From assembly GCA_965222155.1 (NCBI GenBank), contig CBDCTH010000012.1:2720001-2784000 (forward strand): a stretch of DNA of 64,000 nucleotides, in the 5' to 3' direction. The notes beneath the pieces were generated by a model, which saw only the letters and a list, made by a program, of their open reading frames with translations, was not told the DNA's origin and searched no databases. The DNA is from Gammaproteobacteria bacterium (GTDB taxonomy: Bacteria; Pseudomonadota; Gammaproteobacteria; Eutrophobiales; Eutrophobiaceae). This document shows positions 41,401-52,102 of the stretch, piece by piece. How positions within the stretch are numbered: position 1 is the first letter of the stretch; each line of letters starts with the position of its first letter. A program made the translations under genes and the position numbers.

Positions 41401-44400
41401 ACGAGTTACGCGGCGGTCCCGGCGTCAACCGGCTGTGGGGTGGCGCAGGTAACGACCGGTTGTACGGCAGCGGGGGCAACGACCGGCTCGACGGGGGTGG
41501 GGGCAATGATCTATTGAAAGGAAATGATGGCGCCGACACGCTTGATGGGGGTGAAGGCAATGACCGGCTGTGGGGTGGCGGAAAGAACGACCGGCTGTAC
41601 GGGGGTGGGGACGATGATCGATTGAAGGGAGAGAAGGGCGATGACACGCTTGATGGGGGTGAGGGCGATGACCAGCTCGAAGGCAGCGGTGGGGCGGATA
41701 CGCTCGACGGTGGCGGTGGCGAGAACACCGTACTCTACTGGGGGTCGGACGCCGGGGTGGAGGTGGACCTCGACACCGGGGTGGTCTCGGGCGGCCATGC
41801 CGAGGGGGACACGATACTCAACTTCCAGCATGCGGATGGGTCCAAGTACCAGGACAAGTTATGGGGCGACGCCCGCGCCAACGCGCTGCGCGGTTGGGCC
41901 GGGGACGACACCCTTGAAGGCAAGGCCGGGGCGGACACCCTGGACGGGGGGAGCGGGGCGGACACCTTCCAATACAGTGCCGCGGCGGACTCGACCGTGG
42001 CCAACCCGGACCGCATCCTGGACTTCTCAGGCAACGGCGGGGACGGCGACCGCCTGGACTTATCCGGCCTGGGCAATGACCTGACGTTTATCGGGACAAC
42101 GGCCTTCTCCAACAGCGCGGGCGAGGTGCGCTATGTGCAGCGCGGCGCGGCCACAGGCAGCAACATCGATGATTACACCGACGTACTGGTTGATGTGGAC
42201 GGGAACGGCATAGCGAACTTCAAGGTCACCCTGGCCGGGCTGCACAGCCTGACGCTGGCGGACCTGGTGGGTGTGCAGGCGGCAGATATTGTCGGCACGG
42301 CCGGTGCTGATACGTTGGTGGGCGATGCCCGGGCCAACGTCCTGCGCGGCCTGGCCGGTGCAGACACGCTGGACGGCGGCGCGGAGTCAGACACCCTGGC
42401 CGGAGGTACCGGGGCGGACACCTTCCAATACAGTGCCGCGGCGGACTCGACCGTCGCCAACCCGGACCGCATCCTGGACTTCTCAGGCAGTGACGGGGAC
42501 GGTGACAAGCTGGACTTATCCGGCCTGGGCAACAACCTGATCTTTATCGGCACGACGGCCTTCTCCAACAGCGCGGGCGAGGTGCGCTCTGTGCAGCGCG
42601 GCGCGGCCACAAGCAGCGACACCAGTGATGATTACACCGACGTACTGGTTGATGTGGACGGGGACGGCGCGGCGAACGCCAAGCTCACCCTGGTCGGGCT
42701 GCACAGCCTGACGCTGACGGACCTGGTGGGTGTGCAGGCAGCAGATATTGTCGGCACGGCAGGCGCTGATACGTTGGTGGGCGATGCCCGGGACAACATC
42801 CTACGCGGCCTGGCCGGGGACGACGTGCTAGACGGCCAGGCCGGGGCCGACACCCTGGACGGGGGTACTGGCCAGGACACCGCGTCCTACACCGACTCGG
42901 ATGCGGCGGTGCAGGTGGACTTGGACGCCGGGACGGCCACGGGCGGTCATGCCCAGGGCGACACCCTGACGGGTATTGAGAACCTGCGCGGCTCCGCGCA
43001 CGCGGATGTGCTGCGCGGGGACAACAGCGCCAACCGCCTGTGGGGGGGCGCCGGGGATGACAAGCTGGTGGGGCTGGGTGGGGATGACTGGCTGTATGGC
43101 GAGGCGGGCGCTGACCGCGTGTTCGGCAGTGGCGGGGACGACGTCCTGGACGGCGGCGCCGGCGCGGACGTACTGGACGGTGAAGGCGGTACCGATACGC
43201 TGTCCTATGCCGGCTCTGCGTCAGGGGTGGCGGTCAACCTGGCCAGCGGTACGGTATCGGGGGGGGATGCCCAGGGTGACACGATTGCCAGCGTTGAGAA
43301 CGTGCTCGGCTCGGCGCAGGACGATGTGCTGGTCGGGAACGGCAGCGCCAACCGGCTGGACGGCGGTGCCGGGGCGGATACCTTACGCGGGGCCGGCGGC
43401 GCCGACACCCTGACAGGCGGGGCCGGGGATGACACCTTCCAATACAGCAACGCGACAGACTCGACTGGGGCCAACCCGGACCGCATCCTGGACTTCTCAG
43501 GCAACGGCGGGGACGGTGACAAGCTGGACTTATCCGGCCTGGGCAACGACCTGACGTTTATCGGCACGACGGCCTTCTCCAACAGTGCGGGCGAGGTGCG
43601 CTATGTGCAGCGCGGCGCGGACACGGGCAGTAACAGCAGTGATGATTACACCGACGTACTGGTAGACCTGGACGGGGACGGCGCGGCGAACGCCAAGCTC
43701 ACCCTGGTCGGGCTGCACAGCCTGACGCTGACGGACCTGTCGGGCGTACAGGCGGCAGATATTGTCGGCACGCCAGGGGATGATACGTTGGTGGGCGATG
43801 ACCAGGCCAACGTCCTGCGCGGGCTGGCCGGCAACGACGTCCTGGCCGGCCAGGCCGGGGCCGACACCCTGGACGGGGGCAGCGGGGCGGACACGGCGGC
43901 CTACACCGACTCGGACGCCGCGGTGCAGGTGGACTTACGCGCCGGGACGGCCAGTGGCGGTCATGCCCGGGGCGACACCCTGACGAGTATTGAGAATCTA
44001 CGCGGCTCGGCGCACGCGGATGAGTTACGCGGGGACGACGGCGCCAACCGGCTGTGGGGCGGGGACGGCGCTGACACGCTGGTGGGATTGGCGGGCGCTG
44101 ACCGGCTGGTGGGGGGCGCCGGCGATGACCGGTTGTACGGCAGCGCGGGGAACGACGTGCTGGCGGGCGGCGCCGGGGCGGATGTGCTGGACGGTGAAGG
44201 GGGTGACGACACCCTGTCCTATGCCGACTCCGAGGCGGGGGTGCGAGTGGACCTGACTACCGGGGCGGTGGCGGGCGGCGCTGCCGAGGGGGACACGATT
44301 CGCAGCTGCCTGCACGTGCTTGGTTCGGCTTATGATGACGAGTTGCGCGGCAGTCGCGGCCCTAACGAGCTGTGGGGCGGAGACGGCGCTGACAAACTGG

Positions 44401-44849
44401 TGGGATTGGCGGGCGCTGACCGGCTGGCGGGGGGCGCCGGCAATGACCGCCTGTTCGGCAGCGGGGGGAACGACGTGCTGGTGGGCGGCGCCGGGGCCGA
44501 CACGCTGGACGGCGAAGGCGGCGCTGACACCTTTCATTACAGCGCCGCCGCCGACTCGACCCCCGCGGCGGCGGGGCGCGACCAGATCCTGCACTTCTCG
44601 GGCGCCGGCGGCGACGGTGACAAACTGGACCTGTCCGGCCTGGGCAAGGCCCTGACCTTCATCGGGTCGGCCGACTTCTCCAATACCCCCGGCCAGGTCC
44701 GAGTGACCCAACGCGGCGTGACCACGAGCGACAATGCGAGCGATGACTACACCGACGTATTGGCCGACCTGAACGGCGACGGCGCGGCCGACTTCATGCT
44801 GAGCCTGAGCGGGCTGCACAGCCTGAGTGACAACGACTTCATAATGTGA
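38406..44849 (+). CDS. Giant serralysin-family (M10B) zinc metalloprotease with expanded RTX repeats, 2147 aa
   Basis: [11 protein letters not shown], Met-turn [26 protein letters not shown]; RTX nonapeptides; four serralysin C-terminal domains. Confidence 0.92.
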   Translation: MKMASDPGPAGPEHAQSCCCSSCSAVNLEQRVYQSQDSQRSQGSPVSQNSAEQLPQWGVLASDAYDEIADHLNASDWYFPIESGGEITVNVTSLTAGGQQLARWALAAWESVANLTFREVAEDANITFDDESPGGRVTHVDADGGGFLSAEVNVGKAWLNWGGDGLGSWAFFAYIHEIGHALGLWHPGPYNGARVRYGIDTLFAADSFQTSAMSYIRQAHGLPPEHGNKPRNTASDASFALPVTPMMADILAIQEKYGAPETNPGDTVYGYQSNVGGYLEEVFAALTEQDGELDGPVTLTLFDSGGEDRLDLRTDKADQRVDLRPEGVSDVYGLTGNWLIARGTVIENLVAGQGDDQVIANAAANELDGGPGSDTVSYVGSDAGVRVDLEAGTGAGGHAQGDALSNFEHVVGSAHADELRGDELANRLVGGAGDDTLYGEAGDDTLDGEEGDDVLEGGAGADVFNGGAGGDTASYTGSPVRVRVNLDTGQAAGGDAAGDTFHDIEHLAGSAYADKLTGDGGANRLSGGAGDDRLYGSAGNDVLNGGAGADTLGGGAGDDTVSYLDSDARVRVNLHTEAVADGHATGDKLRSIEHVIGSAYADMLMGDKGANRLAGAAGDDQIYGDGGNDVLVGGPGADTLGGGTGVDTASYAGSPVGVQIDLDAGTFQGGDAVGDRLNSIERLEGSRHVDHLFGSAAADWLAGAAGDDRLLGRLGDDRLVGGDGDDQLAGGPGADQLAGDVGDDTLEGGLGADTLDGGAGYDTATYAGSPVGVRIDLAAQTFQGGDAAGDALTDIERIVGSGQGDVLQGSDETDHLVGAGGDDELYGRAGDDTLAGGAGADTLDGGAGGDTASYADSPAGVEVNLDTGAGTGGEASGDTLVNIEHVLGSAHVDVLRGDAGANWFAGAGGNDLLYGGAGNDVLAGGVGDDELDGEAGDDTLNGDPGADTLDGASGVDTLSYADSEAAVRVDLDSRAVSGGDAEGDTIHGFEQVVGSAYDDELRGGPGVNRLWGGAGNDRLYGSGGNDRLDGGGGNDLLKGNDGADTLDGGEGNDRLWGGGKNDRLYGGGDDDRLKGEKGDDTLDGGEGDDQLEGSGGADTLDGGGGENTVLYWGSDAGVEVDLDTGVVSGGHAEGDTILNFQHADGSKYQDKLWGDARANALRGWAGDDTLEGKAGADTLDGGSGADTFQYSAAADSTVANPDRILDFSGNGGDGDRLDLSGLGNDLTFIGTTAFSNSAGEVRYVQRGAATGSNIDDYTDVLVDVDGNGIANFKVTLAGLHSLTLADLVGVQAADIVGTAGADTLVGDARANVLRGLAGADTLDGGAESDTLAGGTGADTFQYSAAADSTVANPDRILDFSGSDGDGDKLDLSGLGNNLIFIGTTAFSNSAGEVRSVQRGAATSSDTSDDYTDVLVDVDGDGAANAKLTLVGLHSLTLTDLVGVQAADIVGTAGADTLVGDARDNILRGLAGDDVLDGQAGADTLDGGTGQDTASYTDSDAAVQVDLDAGTATGGHAQGDTLTGIENLRGSAHADVLRGDNSANRLWGGAGDDKLVGLGGDDWLYGEAGADRVFGSGGDDVLDGGAGADVLDGEGGTDTLSYAGSASGVAVNLASGTVSGGDAQGDTIASVENVLGSAQDDVLVGNGSANRLDGGAGADTLRGAGGADTLTGGAGDDTFQYSNATDSTGANPDRILDFSGNGGDGDKLDLSGLGNDLTFIGTTAFSNSAGEVRYVQRGADTGSNSSDDYTDVLVDLDGDGAANAKLTLVGLHSLTLTDLSGVQAADIVGTPGDDTLVGDDQANVLRGLAGNDVLAGQAGADTLDGGSGADTAAYTDSDAAVQVDLRAGTASGGHARGDTLTSIENLRGSAHADELRGDDGANRLWGGDGADTLVGLAGADRLVGGAGDDRLYGSAGNDVLAGGAGADVLDGEGGDDTLSYADSEAGVRVDLTTGAVAGGAAEGDTIRSCLHVLGSAYDDELRGSRGPNELWGGDGADKLVGLAGADRLAGGAGNDRLFGSGGNDVLVGGAGADTLDGEGGADTFHYSAAADSTPAAAGRDQILHFSGAGGDGDKLDLSGLGKALTFIGSADFSNTPGQVRVTQRGVTTSDNASDDYTDVLADLNGDGAADFMLSLSGLHSLSDNDFIM

Positions 44850-44949
44850 GACGGGCCTGGCAGCCGTCAACGTGGCTCGCGCTGCGGTCGTGGTCCACGT
44901 CAGCCCATTGAAGCCGTGAAAACAGTACCGGGGCAAACCAGTTCATTAG

Positions 44950-45250
44950 CCCGGATTTCTCTCCAGGTGATGCGATGATCGCGCCAGATTTTTGATGTGC
45001 GCCTTCCCTGGCGCACAGAGTGTCCTGCGGGCGTCCAAATCTGCTCCGGGCAGATTTGTGACCGTCAGCGGGCACCTGCGACCGAAAGCATGGATATTTA
45101 GGGTCAGAGTAAAATACAGTCAGTTTGGCAAGTGGTAGTGGCTTGTTGTTGAGTATTTTTACTCTGACCCCAAATATCCCGAAGAAGCTGAAGAAAGGGT
45201 GGGATAGCCTGATTACCGAACCGGGGACGGATTTGAAATCCGTCCCCGGT
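44950..45250. repeat. Nested repeat cluster: truncated MITE A (44950-45090), GGGTCAGAGTAAAA..TTTTACTCTGACCC inverted repeat (45091-45178), palindrome 45220-45250
   Basis: Direct sequence comparison with 24974, 26377, 26447 and 37234-37307. Confidence 0.8.
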
Positions 45251-45260
45251 GTTACATATT

Positions 45261-45461
45261 TTAGATATCTTTCCCGACGTACTCCAGCACCTCGTTCAGC
45301 ACATCCGTGTCACCGACGTGGTTTGCCAGCAGCAGAATCACTTTTGCGTTGATTTTGTGACTCTGCTCGGAGGTCAATCCTTCGTGCAGTTCAATCAGCC
45401 GGGCATAAAAATCATCCGGGTTGGCAACCCCGAGTTCGGTCCGGAGTTTGTTTGTCGGCAT
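45261..45461 (-). CDS. DUF2783 family small protein
   Basis: PDDFYARLIELHEGL..NAKVILLLANHVGD. Confidence 0.85.
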   Translation of the reverse strand: MPTNKLRTELGVANPDDFYARLIELHEGLTSEQSHKINAKVILLLANHVGDTDVLNEVLEYVGKDI

Positions 45462-45589
45462 TTTAGCTCACCTTCAACTCTGACATCCCTGGCGCAATTT
45501 CAATGGCTTCGATAAACCCCAGCCACAACATCCTTGTTGTGCCGTTCGTCGGGAAGAAGACACGTTAAGTGTCTTTTTCTTTTTCCGGC

Positions 45590-46540
45590 TCACCCCTCCA
45601 GCGCCTCCCACATCTCGGAATCCCGTTCGGCCGTCCAGATTTGTGGGTCGGCGATACCGGAGGCGATGTCATACGCGCGGGCCACGTCAAAGGGCAGGCA
45701 ATGATCAAAGATCACCCATTCACCGAATTCCGGTTTCAATGTTGTGTAGGTCTGCCGGTAAATTTCCTTCAGGTCTTTTCCCTGTTTTTTCCCGGCTTCT
45801 ACGGACTGGTACATGGCGGTGACAAACGCACGGGTACCGTCTATACCCTCCTTAATAGTTTCAGGTGTCACCAGGGCATCGCCGCGGCCCGGCACCAGGG
45901 CAAGAGGCTGCAAAGCCGTGATATTGTCCAGGGTGGTGGGCCAGTCAAGCAAATAAGCATCGCCGGTATAAGGCGTGGCTCCGTACTCAACCAGGTCACC
46001 GCTGTACAGCACCCGCTCCTCGGGCAGCCAGACGACGGTATCACCCTTGGTATGGCCGCGCCCCAGTTGCATAAGCCTGATCTCCGTATCTCCCATCCAC
46101 AACGACATTTCCCCTTTAAAGGTAAGGGTCGGCCAGGTTAATCCCGGTATGGTTTCATAGCCGTTGAACAACCTCGGGAAACGTTCAAATTCGGATTTCC
46201 AATCCTGCTTGCCGCGCTCTATGATGAGGTCATAGGTATCCCGGCTGGCGATGACGTGTTCCGGCGTATAGGCGCTGGCGCCCAGCACGCGCACCGCGTG
46301 ATAATGGGTCATGACCACGTACTTGACAGGTTTGTCAGTGACCGACCATATTTTTTCCAGCACTCGTTCCGCCATCAACGGTGTGGCCTGTGTGTCTATG
46401 ACCATGACGCCGTCATCACCGATAATCACGCCGGTATTCGGGTCGCCTGCTGCGGTGTAAGCATAGGCATTCTCCGCCAGCCGGCTGAACGTTATCTCTT
46501 TTTCACCCAGGTCCGCCTTGGAAGCAAATTCTTTTACCAT
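45590..46540 (-). CDS. MBL-fold metallo-hydrolase (cyclase-like, aromatic catabolism-associated)
   Basis: GDPNTGV, THYHAVRVLG, GHTKGD, SGDL, LVPGRG. Confidence 0.85.
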   Translation of the reverse strand: MVKEFASKADLGEKEITFSRLAENAYAYTAAGDPNTGVIIGDDGVMVIDTQATPLMAERVLEKIWSVTDKPVKYVVMTHYHAVRVLGASAYTPEHVIASRDTYDLIIERGKQDWKSEFERFPRLFNGYETIPGLTWPTLTFKGEMSLWMGDTEIRLMQLGRGHTKGDTVVWLPEERVLYSGDLVEYGATPYTGDAYLLDWPTTLDNITALQPLALVPGRGDALVTPETIKEGIDGTRAFVTAMYQSVEAGKKQGKDLKEIYRQTYTTLKPEFGEWVIFDHCLPFDVARAYDIASGIADPQIWTAERDSEMWEALEG

Positions 46541-46654
46541 TTCTGTTTACTCCTCAATTAAATTAACAATTCGGCCTGCATTGTAGTCTCCGGAACCATT
46601 ACGGGCAATCACTTGTATAAGTAATAATATAATGTGTTGGTAAGCGGGTCTGTC

Positions 46655-47833
46655 TTACTCTATATCCGCAAGCCGTTTCTGCTTCATCACAGGCGGCAGT
46701 ATAAAAACCAGGGAGAGGGCAAACATCAACATGCCGAGAGAAATCACATTGGAGTAATCACCCGGAGATATGACCGTTGCCGCAACAGCCGGACCCAAAG
46801 CCAGGCCGAGCATCTGGAATGCAACGGCATAAACAACGACTTTGCCGCTGCGATCAAAGCTCGCCATGGATGCCAGCAGGTAGGGATGGGTCACGTTCCA
46901 GGCATAATTGTAGACACAAACGGCTACAGTATAGACCAGGATAGTCACTTGCCCGAATAAAAAAGCCAGCGGGATAATGCCGCCTATAATAGCCAGAGCC
47001 AGCGGTTTTGCACGGCCGAAACGGGCACCCACCTGCGCCGCCGTCAGAGCCCCGGCAATACCCATGAACTGGGACAGCGTTAAGCCGTTTGCCACTTGTT
47101 GCTCGCTTGCGCCGCCGCTGAGTCCAATCAGGAACAGGTATGCCCACACCAGCCCCTGGGCCAGGAAATAGCAGAACATGGCGGCCAGCGCCAGTGCCTT
47201 GAAATTGACCGGAAGATTGACTGCGTCCTCCTCAACCTGGGCATGACCCTCGCCGGAGGTGGGCAGGTAACTGACGAGCAGCAGGCCACAGGCCGGGAAC
47301 AGGGCGAAGAACAGGATCACCCCTTCCATTCCCACCAGGGAATACGCCGTCGGCATCACCAGCAGACCCAGTGCGCCGTAGGTCAACACCCACATGATGT
47401 AATAACCAAAGTTCCGATCCGGGTTGGTCGTCAGACCAATCACCGCGAAGCTCAGGGACACGAGACCGCCGCAGCCGACACCGGCAAGAAACCGCCAAGC
47501 GCCGAAGGAATAAAACTCAGTTGTCGTTAACGAGGCGAGGTTACTGAGCGTGACCAGAATTAGAGAGAAGGAAATCACGTGACGCCAGTTGAAGCGGCTG
47601 GACAGGAACGTCATGACGATTGTCGTCAGAGCAATACCCCACATCTCCGCCGAGGCGATATAACCGGCCTGCTGTTCGGTAAACGCCAGGTATTCGACAA
47701 AACCCTGGACAACGCCGGGCTGGATAATGAACACCTCCGGGCCAACTACGCCCATGTAGAACGCCGCAAACAGCGTCATTTTACTGTTGATATTAACGGG
47801 CGCGTCGCGGTTGCCAGCAAAGATCGTAAGCAT
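46655..47833 (-). CDS. MFS transporter
   Basis: About 12 hydrophobic segments, WRFLAGVGCG, NPDRNFG. Confidence 0.85.
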   Translation of the reverse strand: MLTIFAGNRDAPVNINSKMTLFAAFYMGVVGPEVFIIQPGVVQGFVEYLAFTEQQAGYIASAEMWGIALTTIVMTFLSSRFNWRHVISFSLILVTLSNLASLTTTEFYSFGAWRFLAGVGCGGLVSLSFAVIGLTTNPDRNFGYYIMWVLTYGALGLLVMPTAYSLVGMEGVILFFALFPACGLLLVSYLPTSGEGHAQVEEDAVNLPVNFKALALAAMFCYFLAQGLVWAYLFLIGLSGGASEQQVANGLTLSQFMGIAGALTAAQVGARFGRAKPLALAIIGGIIPLAFLFGQVTILVYTVAVCVYNYAWNVTHPYLLASMASFDRSGKVVVYAVAFQMLGLALGPAVAATVISPGDYSNVISLGMLMFALSLVFILPPVMKQKRLADIE

Positions 47834-47854
47834 CTGTTAACCCCGGTAGTTTTT

Positions 47855-48092
47855 CTATTCGGAAAATGACAGCGTGCCGATGTCGACTATATGGCCGCCG
47901 CCATCCGCGATGAGTGTAGCCCCGGTCACAAAAGAGGCGTCATCGGACGCCAGGAATTCGGCACAGGCGGCGATCTCGTCCGGTCAGCGCAACGGACGCG
48001 CCGGACGCAACAAAGCGCCTGGCTATGGCTGCGCCGATCCCGGTACCGCCGCCCGTGATCAATGCGACTTTGCCTGCTAATCTTTTACTCAT
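47855..48092 (-). pseudogene. SDR oxidoreductase with large internal deletion
   Basis: [31 protein letters not shown] joined out of frame to [29 protein letters not shown]. Confidence 0.85.
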
Positions 48093-48245
48093 AGGGCATT
48101 TTCCAGTTAGTTGAGTGCAGGCTCCCGTCATACAACTCTGTCTGCGAGGAACCTTGACCTTTATAAACCCATGCATAGAATTTGACAAATCAATATTGAC
48201 TATAAAGGTGGTTTGATTAGACTGACAATGCTTAGCTAAAGAGAG

Positions 48246-49067
48246 GTGGGCAAAGTGGGCAAAGGCAGACTGCAGAATAAAGTCGCAATCGTAACCGGTT
48301 CCGGCCAAGGCATCGGAGCCGCCATAGCCATGGTTTTTGCGCAAGAAGGCGCACGGGTTGTCGTGGCGACGCGCACGGAGAAGACAGGCAGGGAGACAGT
48401 CGAACAAATTAAAGCTGCGGGTGGGGAGGCAACCCTGATCGGTGTGGACATCGGTACGGTTAACGCCATTAACAGGGTGGTAGATGAAGCCCTGCAGACC
48501 TACGGACAGGTAGACATCATGGTACATAATGCCGCCTCATTCCTGGGTGGATTAATCGAGGAATACAAGGATGAGGACCTGGACACGGTGCTCGCAGTCA
48601 ACCTGAAAGCCTGTTTCCGCCTGACCCATGCCTGTATTCCCCACATGAGAAAACAGGGTGGAGGCCGGATCCTGATCACCTCATCTGTCACCGGTCCGCG
48701 CGTCGCCATGCCGGGCACCTCCTACTATGCCGCTTCCAAAGCCGGAGTCAACGGGTTTATCCGCACCGCTGCCGTGGAGCTTGCCGCAGACAACATCACT
48801 GTCAACGGCGTTGAACCTGGTTTTATCCTGACCCCCGCCATGGACCTGCTCGCCGACGATAACGCCAGGGCGGAAATGGCGCGCTACATCCCCCAAGGTC
48901 ATTTGGGCGAACCGAATGATATCGCCTACGCCATGCTTTACCTGGCCAGCGATGAAGCCAAATACGTCACGGGCCAGACCCTCGTCGTGGACGGTGGCTC
49001 GACGCTACCGGAAAGCCCCGTCTACATGAACGAGACGGAAGGGGTACAGACACTGCAGGGATCGTGA
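48246..49067 (+). CDS. SDR family oxidoreductase
   Basis: [26 protein letters not shown]. Confidence 0.92.
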   Translation: MGKVGKGRLQNKVAIVTGSGQGIGAAIAMVFAQEGARVVVATRTEKTGRETVEQIKAAGGEATLIGVDIGTVNAINRVVDEALQTYGQVDIMVHNAASFLGGLIEEYKDEDLDTVLAVNLKACFRLTHACIPHMRKQGGGRILITSSVTGPRVAMPGTSYYAASKAGVNGFIRTAAVELAADNITVNGVEPGFILTPAMDLLADDNARAEMARYIPQGHLGEPNDIAYAMLYLASDEAKYVTGQTLVVDGGSTLPESPVYMNETEGVQTLQGS

Positions 49068-49205
49068 TAACGCCCCCCCGCTTCTGCCTTAACGGCTTTC
49101 CGCCGCCATCCTGCGAAAGTTTATCCCCCTGCATACGACCATGCAGGGGCAGGAATCCGGCCACCGCTATTCCTGCGGAAGCAGGAATCCATAGATCATG
49201 GTTAA

Positions 49206-49676
<471 letters not shown>

Positions 49677-49686
49677 ACAGAAACCG

Positions 49687-49817
49687 GGACACCCATAAAC
49701 ATAATTCAGCATAAACATAATTCAGGACACCCACATAATTCAGGACACCCATAAAAGAGGACAAGTTGAAACCTGTCCCCGTTCTTTCCACAATTTTATG
49801 GGTGTCCTGGAATTACA
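49687..49817. mobile_element. MITE family B with multiply stuttered left end
   Basis: Repeated ATAATTCAGGACACCCA units followed by the same body as 37389-37490. Confidence 0.8.
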
Positions 49818-50052
49818 CGCTGTTGAACTTGCAAAAAAAGCCATGGCCATTTATCGGACTATACCTGTTAGATACTTCGAATATCCCTTGGAACAAGCCG
49901 TTGAACTGTCTGCACGCCTTGGTATTTATGCTTATGACGCATATCTTATTCAGTGTGCCATGCAAATGAACTCGCCTTTGCTTACGCTTGACCGGAGGTT
50001 ACAGGCCACAGCTGAAAAAATTGGTGTTAAAACTTTGGAGGTATCACCATGA
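49818..50052 (+). pseudogene. PIN/VapC toxin, 5'-truncated at MITE B
   Basis: ARLGIYAYDAYLIQCA..PLLTLDRRL PIN C-half; the ORF start (49798) is supplied by MITE sequence. Confidence 0.75.
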
Positions 50053-50285
50053 AAGAGTACAGCTTTACCGAGGCCCGACAAAATTTCGCCTCGTTATTGG
50101 ATGAAGCACAACAAAACGGAGCAGTATGTGTAAGAAAACGGAATGGCGAGGCTTTCTTCATCAAGCCTGCAGTAATGAAGGAATCACCGCTGGATATAGC
50201 CGGTATTGACCTCCAGGTTACCAGGAACGATATCGTTGATATTGTCCGTGAAAGCCGTGAACATGAGGGGGCCGGTGACAAATGA
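50049..50285 (+). CDS. Phd/YefM-family antitoxin
   Basis: YSFTEARQNFASLLDEA..GAVCVRKRNG; overlaps the toxin stop (ATGA). Confidence 0.82.
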   Translation: MKEYSFTEARQNFASLLDEAQQNGAVCVRKRNGEAFFIKPAVMKESPLDIAGIDLQVTRNDIVDIVRESREHEGAGDK

Positions 50286-50312
50286 AAATTATTTACATTT
50301 GTCACCGGCCCC
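50268..50312. repeat. 17-bp perfect inverted repeat (REP-like or terminator)
   Basis: GGGGCCGGTGACAAATG-N11-CATTTGTCACCGGCCCC. Confidence 0.75.
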
Positions 50313-50372
50313 TATTATTCTTTTCGCGACAGATACTCCTGTACTATACTGAAGAATAAATTGGAGATATGA

Positions 50373-50501
50373 ATGGAACAGGTTGCCGATATACATATTG
50401 AGAAACTACCGGAAGGTGTTTATCTGGCTACCAGTGAGGATATTCCGGGTCTGGTAGCTCAGGGACGTACCATTGGGATATCCTTAAACAGGCTGAAATA
50501 G
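50373..50501 (+). pseudogene. HicB-like antitoxin, truncated
   Basis: Own translation MEQVADIHIEKLPEGVYLATSEDIPGLVAQGRTI then diverges and stops; RBS-like GGAG upstream. Confidence 0.65.
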
Positions 50502-50620
50502 CGTTCAGTCGGTTTTTGAAAGCATGATAAATAGCTGATTCTGGATTCTCGGCTGAGTGGGAACGACAGCCTACGATTTTTTTTGCCGCGTATCTCTGCA
50601 CTATTGCTGTGGTTAGCGAT

Positions 50621-51112
50621 ATGACAGACGACCGACCTCAAACATTGCTCCTGCAACTGAGTAGCCGATTAATCGAACAGAATAAAATGCTGGTTACGGC
50701 CGAATCCTGCACCGGAGGCGGTATCGCTTATGCAATGACTGAACTGCCGGGCAGTTCCGAGTGGTTTGAACGGGGGTTCGTTACCTATTCCAACCTGGCC
50801 AAGCAGGAACAGTTGGACGTTGCTCATGAGCTGATTGTCGGATACGGCGCCGTCAGCGAAGAGGTCGCCGCAGCCATGGCGCGGGGCGCCTTGCAGCACA
50901 GCCACGCCGATTTCAGTGTTGCAGTCACGGGGATTGCCGGCCCGGGCGGGGGGACGGCTGAAAAGCCGGTCGGCACCGTCTGTTTCGGTTGGAGTCGCCG
51001 CGCTGAGATTGCCAGGACCACCCGCATAGTCTTTGAGGGGAACCGGCAGCAGGTGCGGGAGCTGTCCATCCTGACGGCTTTGCAGGGGCTAGTGGACCTG
51101 GTGGAACAGTAA
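50621..51112 (+). CDS. pncC: CinA-family / NMN deamidase PncC
   Basis: TAESCTGG, GFVTYSN, GAVSEE, TGIAGPGGG..KPVGTV. Confidence 0.92.
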   Translation: MTDDRPQTLLLQLSSRLIEQNKMLVTAESCTGGGIAYAMTELPGSSEWFERGFVTYSNLAKQEQLDVAHELIVGYGAVSEEVAAAMARGALQHSHADFSVAVTGIAGPGGGTAEKPVGTVCFGWSRRAEIARTTRIVFEGNRQQVRELSILTALQGLVDLVEQ

Positions 51113-51162
51113 TCCATGTCCTTACACGTTTTCCAGCAGGGATTTCTAATCCGCGGACGGGA

Positions 51163-51675
51163 ATGAAACGCTTGTTTTTCGCCCTATGGCCGGATAACGG
51201 AGCGCGCGGCAGGCTTGCAGAAGTGGCCGGGTTGTTGCCAATTAATACGGGTCGCCGCGTTCCGTCTGAAAACTTTCATATAACTCTGGTATTCCTGGGA
51301 AATGTGCAGGAGCAGGTTGTCCCCGAATTGGCTGCCGCTGCTGAACGACTGAGATTGCCCGGCTTCTCATTGCAGATCGACCGGTGTGGGTGGTGGAAAC
51401 GGGCGAAGGTCGCCTGGCTGACCCCTGTAACCACGCCGGCTCCCCTTTTGGAGCTGGTCAAACAAATCAACCTGTTGAGCGGAACCGCAGGGCTGCCGGT
51501 CGATAAACGGGACTATAACCCCCACATAACGGTTGCCCGAAAGGTGACCCGCCCGGTAACAGCCCGGTCGTTTGAACCTATCCACTGGGATATCAGGAAT
51601 TTCTACCTGGTTGAATCCGTTACTCATGAACAGGGTGCAAGATATCAAGTGATAGAATCCTGGACTTTGTTTTAA
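51163..51675 (+). CDS. thpR: RNA 2',3'-cyclic phosphodiesterase
   Basis: RLFFALWP; two HxT motifs (HITL, PHITV). Confidence 0.92.
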   Translation: MKRLFFALWPDNGARGRLAEVAGLLPINTGRRVPSENFHITLVFLGNVQEQVVPELAAAAERLRLPGFSLQIDRCGWWKRAKVAWLTPVTTPAPLLELVKQINLLSGTAGLPVDKRDYNPHITVARKVTRPVTARSFEPIHWDIRNFYLVESVTHEQGARYQVIESWTLF

Positions 51676-51759
51676 AGCACGTTCTGCATCAAGATGACCT
51701 ATTGACAGCGATCAGCGTTTCTCCGGCAATAAGCGACCTGGTGAGGATATACGGGTTAG

Positions 51760-51903
51760 CAGTCTGTCGGACTTTAGCAATGCATAGCCTGTAACTATCT
51801 GATTTATAACCATATTAATGAATAATATAGCTATATGCTAATATAGAAATAATAGTATTTTCAATAAGTTATGAGTGACGGCGAGTCTAGGTCCGACAGT
51901 CTG
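51760..51903. mobile_element. MITE family C (144 bp, AT-rich core)
   Basis: TIRs CAGTCTGTCGGACTT / CAGACTGTCGGACCT; TTAG duplicated at 51756-51759 and 51904-51907. Confidence 0.8.
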
Positions 51904-52102
51904 TTAGTACCTGATGTATTGCCTTCGTAAACACCTCCCGGCAGAAATTGGCCGTTGTCCTGAATTTTTTTCTAAAAAAGGCTTGAAATTCTGATTTCGT
52001 GTCTTAGAATAGGATTCATCAGGAAATCGCCGACGATCCGGTAACGCCGGGGCGATTGCAAGATGACCACCACCTTTACGGACAGCAAAGGGCAAGGATT
52101 AG

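Noticed and set aside
37491-44849. Diversity-generating retroelement (remnant as template for the protease 3' end)
   Set aside because: No reverse transcriptase in the window, the repeat is much longer than a typical template region, and no adenine-specific pattern is evident.
47940-48527. 195-aa minus-strand ORF as a real gene
   Set aside because: Antisense shadow of the SDR at 48246 running into the SDR pseudogene start at 48092.
49687-49760. ATAATTCAGGACACCC repeats as a mini-CRISPR or iterons
   Set aside because: Units are contiguous without spacers and form the end of an element duplicated at 37389.
51676-52102. virB2/virB3, tRNA or att site before virB4
   Set aside because: No hydrophobic pilin-like ORF or tRNA structure seen; the region is mostly MITE C.
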